From an uncultured Gammaproteobacteria bacterium (GTDB lineage: Bacteria > Patescibacteriota > Patescibacteriia > UBA1558 > GWA2-36-10): a stretch of DNA of 64,000 bases. Made by a program: the position numbers and the translations under genes. This document shows positions 46,612 to 54,866 of the stretch, piece by piece. A model generated the notes under the pieces. That model was not told the DNA's origin. It ran no database searches and was given only the letters and a program-made list of their open reading frames with translations. The stretch covers positions 2,244 through 66,243 of the forward strand of contig CAZWYP010000006.1 of NCBI GenBank assembly GCA_964638415.1, written 5' to 3'. How positions within the stretch are numbered: position 1 is the stretch's first letter; the number at the start of each line of letters is the position of its first letter.

Positions 46612-46642
46612 AGAAAAAACAAGCCGAATTTGGCTTGTTTTT
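46612..46642. terminator. rho-independent terminator (bidirectional)
   Basis: Hairpin caagcc gaattt ggcttg flanked by an A-run and a T-run. Immediately after the stop of the 46646 gene. Confidence 0.55.
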
Positions 46643-46645
46643 CGC

Positions 46646-48223
46646 TTATTGCAGATTAGCGCCAGTCGGATAATTCAGTAAATGAGTCTGGTTAACTTCC
46701 ACAATATCTGACCAATTATATCCGCGATCTAAGAAAGATTGAGTAGAGATAATCGGTCTTTTAGTGTTGTTTTCCAATAGATAAACAGTTTTATCTCCTA
46801 TTCCCTTAATTAATTTAACATCCTGGTAGCTATCTAAATCCAGTTTGTCTATAGTGACAATCTGGCTCCAGCTATTCTGCGGATAAGAAGTAAATACCTT
46901 GGCATTAGGAATAGCTAATTTAATAAACTGGTCATTAGCTTTTTTATATAGATAATATACCGTAGCATTATCTGGAGATTTAACTAATTTAACATCCGGC
47001 AGATTATTTACTTGATTTGAGCTGGCAATCTTTACACTAGACCAGCTGTAGCCATTGCGCTGGAAAATATTAGGATTTTTAACATAGTGCTTGCGGCCAT
47101 TTAATAAAGCATATAACTTATCTCCTACTTTGTAGATAACAGAGGGTGCTGTCTTATTGGCACGGTTAGCTGCCAAACTGACATTCTGGCCAGCAGAAAC
47201 AGGCAAGGCCTGGGTAGTAAAGCTTTTAATTTCCGACTTAGCGCTTTTGCCAAAAACATCCTTAGTTTCTACCTGGTAATAATACTGGGTTTCCGGTTTT
47301 AAGCCGGTAATTTCAATGCGGTGATCGAAGCTTTTCAAAGAGTCCTTAATGCTGACTTTCTTTTTCAGCTTATCCGCACTAGTGCCATAACGCACTAAAG
47401 CGCTGGCTAACTTATTACTCTGCCAGGTAATAACTGCGCTGCGGTTGGTAATGCCGGCATCTTTAGAGCTAACTGGCCTAATATTGTAATTAGCTAAAGT
47501 TTCCCTGTCGGCATTATCCGTAATTAAGGTGCGAAAAGTAATATCCTGGCCAACTTGCTTATTACCATCCTTATCTTTAACTTCTACCTTGAAGTGATAC
47601 AAAGTGCCGGGAGATAATTTAGTCAAAGTTACTTCCTGCCATAGGCGGCGGGACTTAACTGAAACTTTCTTGCCGTATTCAATGGTTTTACCATAATACA
47701 CAATGCCGGAAGTTAATTCACTGGTCTGCCACTGGATAGTAGCCACGGTACCAGCCACATAAGGAATATTAATAACTTCAATGTCTGGAATGACATTATC
47801 GTCAATATCATCGGTATTAAATACCTGGTCAAAAGAAGATACTTCCTGATCCGCGGTATAAGCTACTATGCGGAAGTGGTAGTCTTCATCGGCTAATAAG
47901 CCGAATAAATTAATCTCATGATTAGTCCGGGGATTTATTTGAGCAGTAACCTGGCGGCCATATTCATTAGTTAAGCCATATTCAATACGCCCATTAGCGG
48001 GAATATTGGTATACCACTTAATCATGACCTTTTCCTGGCTAACTTCAACTTCAATATTGCTAATCTCCAATTCGCCATAAGCAGAAGCTGGATAGGCTAA
48101 TCCTAAACCAAAACTGAATAGAGCCAGCTTGGTAATTAAGCTCAATATTGTTAATTTTTGGCTAAAATTAGATATTTTCTGCCACATATTATTAATATTA
48201 ATTAATATACAATAATAGCACAA
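46646..48223 (-). CDS. secreted protein with three Fn3-like repeats
   Basis: 525 aa. Signal peptide. Three divergent repeats of about 90 aa, each containing an (E/R)YG..x..YG element (IEYGLTNEYGRQV, VYYGKTIEYGKKV, VRYGTSADKLKKKV), as in purple-acid-phosphatase N-terminal/Fn3 domains. C-terminal domain of about 180 aa of unknown function. Confidence 0.5.
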   Translation of the reverse strand: MCYYCILININNMWQKISNFSQKLTILSLITKLALFSFGLGLAYPASAYGELEISNIEVEVSQEKVMIKWYTNIPANGRIEYGLTNEYGRQVTAQINPRTNHEINLFGLLADEDYHFRIVAYTADQEVSSFDQVFNTDDIDDNVIPDIEVINIPYVAGTVATIQWQTSELTSGIVYYGKTIEYGKKVSVKSRRLWQEVTLTKLSPGTLYHFKVEVKDKDGNKQVGQDITFRTLITDNADRETLANYNIRPVSSKDAGITNRSAVITWQSNKLASALVRYGTSADKLKKKVSIKDSLKSFDHRIEITGLKPETQYYYQVETKDVFGKSAKSEIKSFTTQALPVSAGQNVSLAANRANKTAPSVIYKVGDKLYALLNGRKHYVKNPNIFQRNGYSWSSVKIASSNQVNNLPDVKLVKSPDNATVYYLYKKANDQFIKLAIPNAKVFTSYPQNSWSQIVTIDKLDLDSYQDVKLIKGIGDKTVYLLENNTKRPIISTQSFLDRGYNWSDIVEVNQTHLLNYPTGANLQ

Positions 48224-48276
48224 ATTATTATTTTTGTCAATATATACAGTAATTATAGCAAAATTAGCAATTATAA

Positions 48277-48306
48277 TAAAAGTCGCCTTGGGAGCGACTT
48301 TTTTTA
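48277..48306 (-). terminator. rho-independent terminator
   Basis: Hairpin gtcgc cttggga gcgac flanked by an A-run and a T-run. Downstream of the glyoxalase-family gene. Confidence 0.5.
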
Positions 48307-48315
48307 CTTTAAATT

Positions 48316-48705
48316 CTACTTAGCATTCTTATCCGCCTGATGCAAGCCAAAGGTGTTTCCTTCGGTATCCAGAAAATATCCCTGCCAGGCCATTCCTACC
48401 AAAGCATATTTTGGCAAGGCAATTTTACCGCCAGCTGATATAATCTTTTCCGCATAGAGATCAAAATTATCTACCTGCACAGTGCAAACATAAGCATTAG
48501 CACCGGCTGAATTTGCTGGACTTGGTCTTTGTAACAATCCTCCATTAATACCAGGTTCAGTGCTGCCTTCTGGGGCAGTCATCACTCCCCAGTACACCGG
48601 ATCCTCCAACCACTTGGGAAACTCCCAGCCAAAAACAGCTTGATAAAACTTTTTAGCGCGCTCAATGTCATCAGCGTGAATTTCAAAATGAACTACTCTA
48701 GGCAT
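48316..48705 (-). CDS. VOC/glyoxalase-bleomycin resistance family protein
   Basis: 129 aa. MPRVVHFEIHADDIERAKKFYQAVFGWEF N-terminal beta-alpha-beta-beta-beta module. Confidence 0.8.
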   Translation of the reverse strand: MPRVVHFEIHADDIERAKKFYQAVFGWEFPKWLEDPVYWGVMTAPEGSTEPGINGGLLQRPSPANSAGANAYVCTVQVDNFDLYAEKIISAGGKIALPKYALVGMAWQGYFLDTEGNTFGLHQADKNAK

Positions 48706-48724
48706 AATATTGTATATTAAATAA

Positions 48725-49303
48725 TTAAATCAAATGGATTAAACCGGCAGCAAACAGCAAGTTAAACAAAAAAGTTCCCAATAACATTACAATAAACAAT
48801 TCCCTCAACCGATAACCCAAAATAGCTAAAGGAATGATAATTAATTCATTAGGTAAGGGTACAAACATCACGAATAAAGCCAAAATAATAATCGGCCACC
48901 AGTAATTTCTATCCCGCCAACGGTCTAATCTCTGAAACCATTTATTCTGCACAGTTGACAGAGTAATTTCGCGGCCGGCATGGCCCAAGAAATACGCTAA
49001 GCAGTCCGCTAAAGTCATGCCTAGACTAATAATAATAATTGTCAGCCAGAAACTTAAGCCTGACTCTAAAAACAAAGGCAAAAAAGTAATAGCTGGAATA
49101 GGGACAATTAGATTAAAGCCAGAAATAGTCGAGATAATAAAAATTGCCCAATAGCCATAGATCATTACCAGTTCTCTCAGCAATTCATTATCCTTGGCAA
49201 AATGGCTAAGCCATAAAGCAAAAGCTAAAAAACAAAAAAAGAAAAGCAAGCGAATAATCGCTTTGGTAATTCTAGTGCTTTTCTTTAATTGTTTTCTGGC
49301 CAT
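48725..49303 (-). CDS. DedA/TVP38-family membrane protein
   Basis: 192 aa. LGMTLADCLAYFLGHAGRE resembles the DedA G..D..Y..GR..G motif. Confidence 0.5.
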   Translation of the reverse strand: MARKQLKKSTRITKAIIRLLFFFCFLAFALWLSHFAKDNELLRELVMIYGYWAIFIISTISGFNLIVPIPAITFLPLFLESGLSFWLTIIIISLGMTLADCLAYFLGHAGREITLSTVQNKWFQRLDRWRDRNYWWPIIILALFVMFVPLPNELIIIPLAILGYRLRELFIVMLLGTFLFNLLFAAGLIHLI

Positions 49304-49388
49304 TGAATAGATTATAACAAATTTTAGAGAAATAATCTAAAATACCACCAATAAAAATTGGGGTATTATGTTTAATCAAGAATTAATA

Positions 49389-50096
49389 TTAAAAATTTCC
49401 AAAGAATCTTCCCGCTGCCAAACCAACCACTAAGGCTACACTACCTAATAACAAAGTTCTTAGCCCAGCTGACAACCAAGGCTTTTTAGTATATCTAGTA
49501 GTGACTGCTCCTAAAGCAAATAAGGCAAAGAGGGCTAAAATTATGGAAAAATAAACCGCCTGATCAATAGGGAAAAATAAATAAGCAGATAAAGGAATAT
49601 AACCGCCGATGATATAGGAGAAAAACATGAATAATCCCCGACGAATACTATCTTGGGAAGCATTGGGAAAAACATGCATCTCATGCACAGACATCTCTTT
49701 CAGCATTAATTTCTTGTTTTGCGTGGCAGCCGAGGCCATTTCCTTAGCTAAAGCTTTTGGCCAGCCATCGCGTAGGTAAATATTAGCTAAAATTTTTTTC
49801 TCCTCTTTGGTAAAATTAACTATTTCATATTTTTCCTCGGAGATTTTCCGCTCGGCAATATCTGCTTCTGATTTATTAGATAAATAAGAGCCAATCCCCA
49901 TGGAAATAGACTCTACGGCAATAATAACAAAACCAGCTAATAATACTGTCTGGTGACTTTGGCTGCCAGCCGCTACGCCGCTGACTGCTCCTAAGGTAGA
50001 GACCATGCCGTCTTCCAAGCCAAATAAAATCTCCCTAATGGTGGAAGCTACCTTGGATTTATCATGATGGAGGAAATTTTTGCGCTGATCAATCAT
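49389..50096 (-). CDS. VIT1/CCC1-family iron/manganese transporter
   Basis: 235 aa. LFGLEDGMVSTLGAVSGVAAGS VIT motif. Five TM. Confidence 0.65.
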   Translation of the reverse strand: MIDQRKNFLHHDKSKVASTIREILFGLEDGMVSTLGAVSGVAAGSQSHQTVLLAGFVIIAVESISMGIGSYLSNKSEADIAERKISEEKYEIVNFTKEEKKILANIYLRDGWPKALAKEMASAATQNKKLMLKEMSVHEMHVFPNASQDSIRRGLFMFFSYIIGGYIPLSAYLFFPIDQAVYFSIILALFALFALGAVTTRYTKKPWLSAGLRTLLLGSVALVVGLAAGRFFGNF

Positions 50097-50126
50097 TTAA
50101 ATATTGCATCAGAATAATATTATTTA

Positions 50127-50603
50127 TTAAGCTGGCAATTTACTGTGGCGGACAATTATCAAGATAGACAATGCCAAAGATAAAATAAAGAAAACCAAAC
50201 CAAAGAAACAAGGGGTTAAAAATGGACTGGTAGTCACTACCCCAGAACAGCCGGCTGTAGGATTAAATCCCGCCTGGTAAAACTTAGTAAAGGTATAAAC
50301 CATATTGCCCCAAGCAAATAAGACACAAGCTACCAATAACCAGCGTAATTTCTTTTCTGCTGACAGTCTTTTTTCCTCTGCCAGCTTGTAAATCTTGACT
50401 GACCAGACTAAGGCGACAATAAAAGCAATAGCACCATAAAAACAAGGTGTGACTACGGGATTAGGCACGGTGCAATCCTTAACTTTAAAAATAGTGCCTT
50501 CTAAATCATAAAACCTAATAAAATCAGTAACCACGGTATACCAGGCAAAAATAGCGCCAGCTATCAATAGCCAGATCTGAGCAAGATATAATTTTTTAAG
50601 CAT
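50127..50603 (-). CDS. hypothetical 4-TM membrane protein with internal duplication and paired cysteines
   Basis: 158 aa. The two halves share C-x10-12-(T)PCF(Y/F)G motifs (CTVPNPVVTPCFYGAIAFIV and CSGVVTTSPFLTPCFFGLVFFIL). Confidence 0.4.
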   Translation of the reverse strand: MLKKLYLAQIWLLIAGAIFAWYTVVTDFIRFYDLEGTIFKVKDCTVPNPVVTPCFYGAIAFIVALVWSVKIYKLAEEKRLSAEKKLRWLLVACVLFAWGNMVYTFTKFYQAGFNPTAGCSGVVTTSPFLTPCFFGLVFFILSLALSILIIVRHSKLPA

Positions 50604-50607
50604 ATCT

Positions 50608-50979
50608 TTAACGATTAATTTCTCTTTTATTGACTTCCGTGGGATTGAATAATTCCACTATTTCAGCAAATACTTTCCTAGTTCCTTCGGTATTATCTTT
50701 AGTATAATTGCAGATAAATACATCTAAAGTCAGATAATTATACTCTGGCCAGGTATGCATGCAGATATGCGATTCTGACAAGACATTAGCGCCGGTATAA
50801 CCTCCTTCATTGGGAAAAGAATAATAAAAAGCATGCAATTCTTTGAACTGATGCTTTTTAATAATTTCTGAAATTTTATCTTTAACTAATTCTGGGTTAA
50901 CCAGCAGGGATAATTGGTCGGTATGAATCTCTCCGACAATGTGCAGTCCACTGACTGCGCCATTAGGCCGTTGTTCCAT
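50608..50979 (-). CDS. speD: S-adenosylmethionine decarboxylase proenzyme (small prokaryotic type)
   Basis: 123 aa. Self-cleavage and pyruvoyl site VLSESHICMHTWPEYNY...LDVFIC matches Bacillus-type AdoMetDC (ISESHLTIHSFPE...DVYTC). Confidence 0.8.
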   Translation of the reverse strand: MEQRPNGAVSGLHIVGEIHTDQLSLLVNPELVKDKISEIIKKHQFKELHAFYYSFPNEGGYTGANVLSESHICMHTWPEYNYLTLDVFICNYTKDNTEGTRKVFAEIVELFNPTEVNKREINR

Positions 50980-51043
50980 TTCTTTGTTAAGGCTAAATAA
51001 TAATGGGATTATTATACCACTAGCAGCTTAAAAATTCAATAAT

Positions 51044-51712
51044 TTAGTTGTTAATGCTGCGTAAAGTTACTTCAAAAATAAGGGTAGCATTGGGAGGAAT
51101 CGGTCCAGAACCGCTCTCACCATAAGCTAATTCTGAAGGAATGGTCAGTTTTCTTACTTCACCAACTTTCATTCCTAACAAACCCTGATCCCAACCGGGA
51201 ATCACTGTGCCTTCGCCAATGGTAAAGGTATATGGCTCGCGGCCTACGCTGGAATCAAATTGAGTACCATCTTCCAAGGTACCGGTATAGTCCACGGTGA
51301 TAGAGTCACCGGAAACCACCACTGCTTCTCCAGTACCGGGAGTTAAAATTTCTGTCTGTACTTGCATATTAGTATTATTTACATTAGGTTGATTAGCTGC
51401 CATTTGTTCGGCAATCTCTTTAATATTCATCCCTTCGGGGAAAAACAATTCTCCATCCTTGGTAAGGTAAGAATCTACTACTGTGCCATTAGGCAAAGTC
51501 AGGGATAATTTATACATACCGCGATCTTTTACCGCTTCCTTAACAGTCACTGTAGAACCAGGCTGCATTAAATTATCATTAATGAATTTTTCACCAATAG
51601 TCTTGGCTTCCTCTAAAGAAATTGCTTTGACATTGTCTTTAGTGAAAATAATATATCCGGCCAAGCCTAGGATAATAACGGCAAAAACCGCTAATAGGAT
51701 ATTCTTTTGCAT
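51044..51712 (-). CDS. FKBP-type peptidyl-prolyl cis-trans isomerase (secreted/lipid-anchored)
   Basis: 222 aa. N-terminal TM. C-terminal FKBP domain [16 protein letters not shown]...[15 protein letters not shown]...LIFEV. Confidence 0.85.
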   Translation of the reverse strand: MQKNILLAVFAVIILGLAGYIIFTKDNVKAISLEEAKTIGEKFINDNLMQPGSTVTVKEAVKDRGMYKLSLTLPNGTVVDSYLTKDGELFFPEGMNIKEIAEQMAANQPNVNNTNMQVQTEILTPGTGEAVVVSGDSITVDYTGTLEDGTQFDSSVGREPYTFTIGEGTVIPGWDQGLLGMKVGEVRKLTIPSELAYGESGSGPIPPNATLIFEVTLRSINN

Positions 51713-51791
51713 GGTTTAAATTTAATAATTAGCTGGTATATTATACTACTCTGCCTTCAATGAGTAAAGGAAAAACCTGAAACTTCAGATC

Positions 51792-51820
51792 TTGACTTTT
51801 TTTAATTTTTTAAGTATTAT
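51792..51820 (+). promoter_or_regulatory. putative promoter TTGACT-17-TATTAT upstream of tRNA-Thr
   Basis: Hexamers at 51792-51797 and 51815-51820 with a 17-nt spacer, 19 nt before the tRNA 5' end. Confidence 0.4.
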
Positions 51821-51838
51821 TTAGTGCGTATAATTTAC

Positions 51839-51914
51839 GCCACCCTAGCTCAGTTGGTAGAGCTACAGTTTTGTAAACTGTGGGTCGTCGGTTCGAGTCC
51901 GACGGGTGGCTCCA
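51839..51914 (+). tRNA. tRNA-Thr (anticodon TGT)
   Basis: 76 nt. Full cloverleaf folds by hand: acceptor GCCACCC/GGGTGGC, D-stem GCTC/GAGC, anticodon stem ACAGT/ACTGT with loop TTTGTAA, T-arm GTCGG-TTCGAGT-CCGAC, encoded CCA. Confidence 0.85.
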
Positions 51915-51944
51915 GAAAATTAACTAATTTTAAATAGCAACAGT

Positions 51945-52100
51945 ATGTCACAGGATAATTTAGCTAAATTAGAGTGCACAGAATGCCGTAATATCAATTA
52001 CCAGACTTCTCGCAATAAGAAAGTAATTAAAGAACGTCTGCAAATGAAGAAATATTGCGAACACTGCAAAAAGCACGTCTTACACAAAGAAACCAAATAA
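51945..52100 (+). CDS. rpmG: 50S ribosomal protein L33
   Basis: Not in the ORF track because it is under 60 aa. [51 protein letters not shown] matches the L33 zinc-ribbon form (cf. B. subtilis [31 protein letters not shown]). Confidence 0.8.
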   Translation: MSQDNLAKLECTECRNINYQTSRNKKVIKERLQMKKYCEHCKKHVLHKETK

Positions 52101-52122
52101 TCCCATACCTTTGGGATTCTTT

Positions 52123-52196
52123 GGGGGGTTAGTATAGTGGCAGTACAAGGGTCTCCAAAACCTTTGGCGTGGGTTCGATTCCTACACCCCCTGCCA
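52123..52196 (+). tRNA. tRNA-Trp (anticodon CCA)
   Basis: 74 nt. Acceptor GGGGGGT/ACCCCCT. Anticodon arm AGGGT-CTCCAAA-ACCTT with one G-U pair. T-arm GTGGG-TTCGATT-CCTAC. Encoded CCA. Confidence 0.8.
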
Positions 52197-52280
52197 AAAA
52201 TACCTATAGCAATATGGGTGTTTTTATTGCCTTGATTTTTCTAACAATCCTCTGCTAAGATAAAATCATAATCCAAACCT

Positions 52281-53483
52281 ATGAAAAAAATATTATCCTT
52301 ACTACTTATAACCATTGTCTTAGCGGGTTGTACCCCTAAAGGTTATGGAGAATTAAGTAAATTTCTTCGTCCAGATATTAAGGACGATTTCTGTGGAGTA
52401 CATATTAATTTTCAATACTGTAAATGTGCCTTCCATAATGAATACTGTGATGCTATTGGTTTAGACAAAGGGGCTGCTAAATCTTATGTCTATTCAGAAT
52501 ATGATAAGTGGATCAATGACTTACTAGCTACTTTTGAGACTAGTTGTACTACTGCTGGTGGTTTTTACACCGATGAAGCTTGTCAGTACTGTACTGACGG
52601 TTATGTATCAAATGGTGAAGATTGTGTAGATCAAACTGTCTTAGCTGAAAAAGGATCAGAAGAAATAGCAAATAATACTGGCGAAGAACTATTTGATGCA
52701 GACTGTAATCTTAATCAGGAGTTATTTGATCAAGATTGGCGTAAATACTCTGACATTGATGATGTTATTCCTTTTGAAGAAAGAAGTTATGAAGCTAAAC
52801 AAGCAGTCACTGCCTATGAAAACATGATAGAAAAAATGGTCTTAGCCTTTGAATTAGAAAGAGATATTGAAATAGAAAATCAAATGCAGACAGAATTAAC
52901 TGAATATAGAACTGCTTTAGTTAATAATATTAAAACTAACTTATTAAAAGCTTTTTGGAGACTATCTTGGGTAACTTACAACACCATCCAAAGCGGTAAA
53001 GGCTTGGGCCAATCTTACACTCAGGTATTAAATGCCAGCGAAGCAGCCGAAGCAGTAGGCGCTGGTTTAAAAGTAGTTCAAGGAGTAATTCCCGGTAATT
53101 CTTCTTTAGCTATTGATACTTCCGACTTTAGTGGCAAAGTGGAATCAGTTGGTGTTAATGTGGCTTTAGAAGCAGTAGACACTTTAGGTGACCCAGTTAA
53201 AGTAGCTACTGAATTATTTAAGAGCGCAGCATCAGCACCTCTACCTTCCGCTGATATCTCAGAAGAAGAAATAAACATCCTAAGAGAACAACATCTAAAT
53301 AAAGGTGTGATAGATAAAGCACTAGCTGACAGCCAAGCAGCTAATAATGAACGACAAACAAAACTTAATCAGTTAGAGACGGAAATAGTTGAATTACAAA
53401 CTCAAATAGATGAATGGGAGGCCAAAGAAAAAGACCGAGTCAAAGCTGGATTAGAAAATACTTGTGAGAATGGAAATTTGTAA
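52281..53483 (+). CDS. hypothetical lipoprotein with Cys-rich N-domain and C-terminal coiled coil
   Basis: 400 aa. Lipobox LAGC at residues 14-17. 16 Cys in the first 130 residues. C-terminal heptad-like region (NERQTKLNQLETEIVELQTQIDEWEAKEKD). Confidence 0.5.
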   Translation: MKKILSLLLITIVLAGCTPKGYGELSKFLRPDIKDDFCGVHINFQYCKCAFHNEYCDAIGLDKGAAKSYVYSEYDKWINDLLATFETSCTTAGGFYTDEACQYCTDGYVSNGEDCVDQTVLAEKGSEEIANNTGEELFDADCNLNQELFDQDWRKYSDIDDVIPFEERSYEAKQAVTAYENMIEKMVLAFELERDIEIENQMQTELTEYRTALVNNIKTNLLKAFWRLSWVTYNTIQSGKGLGQSYTQVLNASEAAEAVGAGLKVVQGVIPGNSSLAIDTSDFSGKVESVGVNVALEAVDTLGDPVKVATELFKSAASAPLPSADISEEEINILREQHLNKGVIDKALADSQAANNERQTKLNQLETEIVELQTQIDEWEAKEKDRVKAGLENTCENGNL

Positions 53484-53487
53484 ATAA

Positions 53488-53524
53488 AAGAAATAATCCC
53501 TGTAAAGGGATTATTTCTTTTTTC
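53488..53524. terminator. bidirectional rho-independent terminator
   Basis: Hairpin aataatccc tgtaaa gggattatt between convergent genes. Flanked by A-rich and T-rich runs. Confidence 0.5.
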
Positions 53525-53720
53525 TCATCTTCTTAATAGCCGCTACTCCTACCAATAAAGCGGTTGCTCCAGCAATAGTGGTAAGTAATTTCTTTTTCTT
53601 AGCCGGCTCCATTTTATCATATTTAGCCTTTAAGCCTTTCATCTGGATCAGCATTTTATTAGTCAGCTGCTGCAAATACTCATACTTATCCGTAGTTTTT
53701 TTAGTTGTTTTCTTAGGCAT
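53511..53720 (-). CDS. hypothetical small C-tail-anchored basic protein
   Basis: 69 aa. Lys-rich, with a single C-terminal TM. Weak evidence that it is a real gene. Confidence 0.3.
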   Translation of the reverse strand: MPKKTTKKTTDKYEYLQQLTNKMLIQMKGLKAKYDKMEPAKKKKLLTTIAGATALLVGVAAIKKMRKKK

Positions 53721-53761
53721 AAAATTATTCCTCCTAAATTAATTGTAGCATTAAAAGCAGA

Positions 53762-54859
53762 TTACCACCAACTCTTCTTACTGGACTTTAATTCTTTGTC
53801 TAATTCTTCAATTAATTGCTTTTGCTTTTTAGTCAGTTTAGTCGGCACATCTACTTGCACAATTACCACCTGATCTCCCCTACCTCTACTATTTAAATGA
53901 TTAACTCCCTTATTGCGCAGAATGAATTGCTGGCCGGACGGAGTACCATTTGGAATCTTCAACTTAACCTGTCCGTCAATAGTTTTAACTTTAACTTCAC
54001 CGCCTAAAACTGCCGTACTGAAAGGAATCTCCATTTTGGTAATTAAATCATCGCCTTCCCTTTCAAAACCAGCTTCTGGACGAATACGCACGGCAATGTA
54101 TAAATCTCCAGCACTAGCTCCTCTGACACCGCCATTTCCTTTGCCAGATAATCTAATAGACTGCCCTTCATTAATACCAGCCGGTATTTCTACCTTAATA
54201 TGCTCAGTTTCTGTTTTTAAGCCATCACCGCCACACTGGCCGCATTTCTCTTTAATCTGCTTGCCTTTACCTCGGCAATGCGGGCAAGTGGTTTGTGTCT
54301 GAAATTGCCCTAAAATAGTAGTGGTGACTCTACCGCGCCCATTACAGGCACTGCAGGTTTCAAAAGCAGTTCCCTCTTTAGCCCCACTGCCATCGCAAGA
54401 CTGGCATTTGTTCTGCTTGCGCAAAGATATTTCTTTGCTAGCGCCAAACACTGCTTCGGATAAGCTTATTTCCAAATCTACTTCAATATCTGAACCGCGT
54501 TCAGTCCTTGTTTGTCGTCCACCCATACCACCACCAAAGAAACTACCAAAAATATCTCCAAGATCAAAATCAAAGTCAGCGGTACCCTGTTGAAATCCCC
54601 CAAAAGGATTATTACCAAAAGGATTGCTGCCGCCAAAGCCTTGGGCTCCCTCAAAAGTCTGCCCGAATTGATCATACTGGGCGCGCTTGTCTTTATTACC
54701 TAATACCTGGTAAGCTTCATTGATTTCCTTAAACTTAGCATCCTGACCACTGTTTTTATCTGGATGATGTTCATGAGCTAATTTGCGGAAAGCTTTTTTT
54801 ATATCTTCAGCACTGGAATTTTTTTCCACACCGAGAATTTTATAGTAGTCTTTGGACAT
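53762..54859 (-). CDS. dnaJ: chaperone DnaJ
   Basis: 365 aa. J-domain HPD motif. Gly/Phe-rich linker. Four CxxCxGxG zinc-finger repeats. Confidence 0.9.
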   Translation of the reverse strand: MSKDYYKILGVEKNSSAEDIKKAFRKLAHEHHPDKNSGQDAKFKEINEAYQVLGNKDKRAQYDQFGQTFEGAQGFGGSNPFGNNPFGGFQQGTADFDFDLGDIFGSFFGGGMGGRQTRTERGSDIEVDLEISLSEAVFGASKEISLRKQNKCQSCDGSGAKEGTAFETCSACNGRGRVTTTILGQFQTQTTCPHCRGKGKQIKEKCGQCGGDGLKTETEHIKVEIPAGINEGQSIRLSGKGNGGVRGASAGDLYIAVRIRPEAGFEREGDDLITKMEIPFSTAVLGGEVKVKTIDGQVKLKIPNGTPSGQQFILRNKGVNHLNSRGRGDQVVIVQVDVPTKLTKKQKQLIEELDKELKSSKKSWW

Positions 54860-54866
54860 CTACAGA

